NCBI GenBank assembly: GCA_000708835.1
Contig: DF236961.1
Coordinates: forward strand, 248,001-312,000
Reading direction: 5' to 3'
From: Klebsormidium nitens
Taxonomy: Eukaryota; Plantae; Klebsormidiophyceae
DNA length: 64,000 nt
The position numbers and the translations under genes are program-made. Positions 61,001 through 64,000 of this stretch are shown here, in pieces; within the stretch, counting starts at the first letter, position 1; every line of letters begins with the position of its first letter. The notes beneath the pieces were generated by a model, which had not been told where the DNA came from, made no database searches, and worked only from the letters and a program-made list of their open reading frames with translations.

Positions 61001-64000
61001 AAGCAAGCTTTATGCAGCTCGAACCCAGCTCTGAAATCGCAGGCAAGGGACGAGAGCGTGAAAATTCACACGGAGGACAGTTTCAGCAACATATTTGCAT
61101 GGTGTAGATGAATTGAGACGTCCTGAATTATCTCAAACAGATGTGAGTCACAGGCACCAACGCACGTTTTCTGAACAAACGCTTTCAGCAGATGCAAGAG
61201 GACTCGGTCGGATTTCCGGCGGACCAGGTTGGCGAGAGGTACAAGCCTAATTTTGACCAACCGCAGATGCTAAACTGTCGTTGTAGTCTCAGCAGAAGAG
61301 CATGCACTTGAATCAAGACGCCGACTCAACATAAGACCAGCATCAAAGACTGTGGTGAACGAGGACCCGGTCCAAAGAAGAAAAACTTCTGTGAAGAATG
61401 GAGGGGCCCCAGAAGGCAATACCAAGACTGCGTAAAGGGTTGAAGTACAAGAACGTGAAGTACGCTCGCGAGCGCGGTTGCTGAAGAGATAAGGGGTTGA
61501 CAAAAGCAGCCAATGCGCAGAACAAATCAGCGAAGCTTTGAGTACGACCCACTGCAGACCATGTGAGAGCCAGCTCACAGAGGACAGACATCCTGGAAAG
61601 CGAAGAAAAAATTGATGCCTTTCAGGAATTCTGCTGCTATGGCTCAGCAACGAAGAGAGACCTAATCAAGAAAAGCGAGTCCTGCCGCTCCAATCGAAAG
61701 CATCCTTGCTTCAAAGCAAGGCGTCCGATGGACCTGGATGGACACGTCAGCACGAAGCTGACCGTGCATCTTCATCGCCTCGATTCACTTGCAATTACAC
61801 GAACTCCCCACGTACCTGAAGGCACGTCCAAATCTAAACAAGACACCAGACAGTATTCTCATGAAAGAATTGTTCTAGACTTGAGCCCAACCATGACCGA
61901 ATTTGACAGCTGTACCGCGAACAACCTTTGGAGTCGGCGACGCTCAAAGACAGAGCAGGGACGTGAGCGCCCTCCAGAATGGTCTTTGAGAAGTCAGATA
62001 TAGTTGCAAGACTTGATTGCCATGACGTTATGCCTATGGCAACGGTCCTGTCCTTGCCTCTTTACTCGGATCCGTTCCTCGGAAATTTCGTTTTTATCAG
62101 GGAAAGACAGCTGTGTTCAAAAATGTGGAAAGTCCTAAGGCCGACAGCGGAGCTGGCGGTGAAAAAGGCACGCCACATGCCCTCAAAAACCACTGTGAGG
62201 CAGCCAGGCATCAGAAAAACAATCGATTACAAAGTCTCCTTGACATCTGGGACCGTAAGCCATCATAAGGACGGAACGCACCAAACTTTGGAAAAAGGCA
62301 CTTCTAATTCCAGCAGGTCGTTTGCTGTGCTAATGGCTGCTCGAAGAGAAGGATATGCTAGGCAAAATGGATGCAAAGCCTTAGAAGAAAAAGTGACGTT
62401 TGAGGTCTAGAATGTCACATGCTTGTTGCATCGGCTTGAAATATAAGGTTTTCCAGGCTCCATAATCAAGGATCGAGAGTTCGAAAAGGGGTTTGCGTCC
62501 ATGGTTAAATCTGGACCAATTATTTGAAAGTGGCTCCATCTTTTTCAGTTTGGTGCCAACTGAAACTACCTGCGTCACCTCCGGACACGTTGACTAGCAG
62601 GCACGTTGTCAGCCTCAATAGTTGCCTTCAAGTCGTGAAAGTGCCGAGTCCGTCGTCGCACGCTTACAGGACAAAGACCACTACAAGCAAATGCAACCAG
62701 AACGTTTACCAACTGTCTCTCCCTTCCAACCTCAAGTTCAGCAGCCCATAACCCGGCATAATCCGTGTATTCACTAGCTAGAACTGATGATAAAAAAACA
62801 CTATAGCGGGGCAAACCTCTCAGCAGGCTTAGGAGCTCCCCTCTCACCTCTTTCGCGAGGCTGGCATACTTGACACGGAACTCGGCATAGTTCCATGACA
62901 GCTGGCCCCCCGCCTTCTCCTCAGCTGCAGCCTCCCTCTCCCCGTCCTCCGCGTCGCCTTCCTCCTCTGTTGGGGCGGCCACGTCCTCCAAAACGGCCCT
63001 GTCACGCTCCAACTGCGGCGGGCATAGGGCGCTGGTCAGAGGCCCCTTTCCATTTGAAAGTTGGTCCAATGCGGGATTCTGTTTTGAGTTCCTTGAATGG
63101 AAGAGTTCGAGCAGATTGAAAGAAGGTGACCAGCGTACTTTTGATGCGTTGAGGAGGGTTGCAATCAGCACGGCAGCGCTAACAAGCTGATGCTTGCAAA
63201 CGCTACTCACCAAAACAACAAAGACGATTTGCAAGGGTGTGCGTCAGAGGACTGACTCTCTTTACACGCATGATGAGCGACTCAACTAAGATATTCTGGA
63301 CGAAGCCGGTAACGTCCACAATCTACTGAAGAATCCTGCCTTACACAAAAACTCCCTCCAATCTTCACCTTCTGCAACACAACCTTGAAGGTTTTGTCTG
63401 CTGTCAGCAGGGGATGCCGCCCTCACCTCGAGCGAGTGCACTTCGCTGTCCAGCGCCTCCTTCAGCTCCTGCCGCGTCCGCTCGTTCCAGATCAGGTCCG
63501 CCCGGCTGTGGTCCCGCTCAAACTGCCGCCAAAAGTCCGCCCAGTTGTACCGCAGCTTCCCCCCGGGGGCGTCCCGGGGCGAGCTCGGCGTCGCTACCGG
63601 AATCGCCACCGTTGGCGCTGCCTCTGCCGCCGGAGACGAAGGCATCACTTGTGAGTACGACGGGGGGGCGTGTGAGCTGACATCAGCGGGTTGCACGTGC
63701 TCTCCCCCGTTGCTGTGCGGAACGATGGCAACGCTCTCGGGGGCGCCGGGAGGAGAGGCGGGGACGATCTGGTTGTTAGGCGAGGGCAGCTGTGCAGGAG
63801 TTTTGACGGTCGGCGGGGTTTGGATTCTTGGTGGGCTCGTCGCGGCCGCGCCCGGAGCGACGAGCGAATCGGCAGCGTATGGGGGAGGGGGGAGCGTCAC
63901 CGCCGGAGGGGGGGGAGGTTCAGTCACCGACGGGGCCTTGGCTGCAGCCCCCCGGCCACGACGGCGCTGCAGGAGGCGCCGCTGGTGCGCGCCCGCGAAG
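43038..64000 (-). CDS. GRV2: GRV2/KAM2 = RME-8/DNAJC13 endosomal J-domain protein, 3' 24 exons (5' part outside window)
   Basis: Exons >64000-63427, 63012-62848, 59609-59214, 58711-58528, 58072-57894, 57411-57271, 56740-56544, 56060-55865, 55427-55306, 54869-54476, 53862-53660, 53203-52994, 52093-51892, 51204-50977, 50398-50261, 49840-49199, 48712-48610, 48200-48076, 47567-47267, 46853-46651, 46249-46001, 45234-45110, 44394-44202, 43778-43038 join in phase. IWN-type repeats (LIWNERTRQEL, IIWTHKMR, VIWNSVTRGEL), GYF_2-like exon, J-domain KYHPDKNPEG, EPQVGGVYVRLFLKDP, WRAYKDQKHDLFLP. Confidence 0.97.
44340..44820 (-). repeat. Three 169-bp tandem units spanning the GRV2 exon 44394 acceptor
   Basis: CAG acceptors precede 44394, 44563 and 44732 (exact 169-bp spacing), each followed by GACCGGCCTTGTCCCCGT..CTGCTGGCGCTGCT-like exon sequence. 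Confidence 0.95.
45590..46070 (-). repeat. Tandem copies of the 3' end and donor of GRV2 exon 46249-46001
   Basis: GAGGCGATGGCCKCGCCAAACGYGGG..CRCCTCAG ends at 46001 (GTGGGC), 45862 (donor lost, CTG) and 45680 (GTAGGT); weak further copy near 45590. Confidence 0.9.
50363..50555 (-). repeat. 97-bp tandem duplicate spanning the GRV2 exon 50398 acceptor
   Basis: GCAG|GTCA at 50398 and 50495, each followed by a GGGGGGAGCTGCT motif; intron halves also align. Confidence 0.85.
51085..51370 (-). repeat. Degenerate duplicate of the GRV2 exon 51204 acceptor junction
   Basis: TCTCGT..TAG|GGT at 51204 and 51357; shared plus-strand AAAGCTCGCCCTC and GCGTGCAG..TTGGYGCCCT.GACGCT. Confidence 0.8.
52035..52600 (-). 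repeat. Four-copy array of the GRV2 exon 52093 acceptor junction
   Basis: TGCAG|ACTCAT.CCCGACATCGTGCAC at 52093, 52239, 52380, 52541; two alternating spacer types. Confidence 0.95.
56000..56400 (-). repeat. Three-copy array of the GRV2 exon 56060 acceptor junction
   Basis: GCAG|CG.TGC.G.CGCGGC.GTTGCGAGCGCT at 56060 and 56232; a third copy at ~56370 has lost the AG. Confidence 0.88.

Overview
Intron-rich eukaryotic genomic DNA (GT-AG introns, mostly 0.1-0.9 kb). Gene content points to a streptophyte green alga, probably Klebsormidium-like (inference, not verified). Nine spliced genes were assembled by hand with phase-consistent junctions: HOP/STI1 (+, 5' end outside window), TRAP-beta/SSR2 (-), RbcX1 (+), a plant GDAP2-like CRAL-TRIO/BCH protein (+), a TolB-like/PD40 protein (-), a full-length fungal-type elongation factor eEF3 (+), an expansin (-), a coiled-coil protein matching Arabidopsis AT3G28370/SCEP2 (+), and the 3' 24 exons of GRV2/RME-8/DNAJC13 (-). 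There is also a MITE-like inverted-repeat element with a G-rich core and a 344-nt assembly gap. No rRNA, tRNA, CRISPR or intact transposase was seen. Main observations: (1) many introns of HOP, the CRAL-TRIO gene and especially GRV2 contain tandem, decaying copies of the adjacent exon-intron junction ('junction echoes'), often with intact splice dinucleotides followed by a nearby stop; (2) a probable synaptonemal-complex central-element gene; (3) eEF3 in a streptophyte-like context; (4) an expansin mixing EXPA- and EXPB-like motifs with an 18-nt micro-exon. All homology calls are from remembered family motifs; no searches were run.
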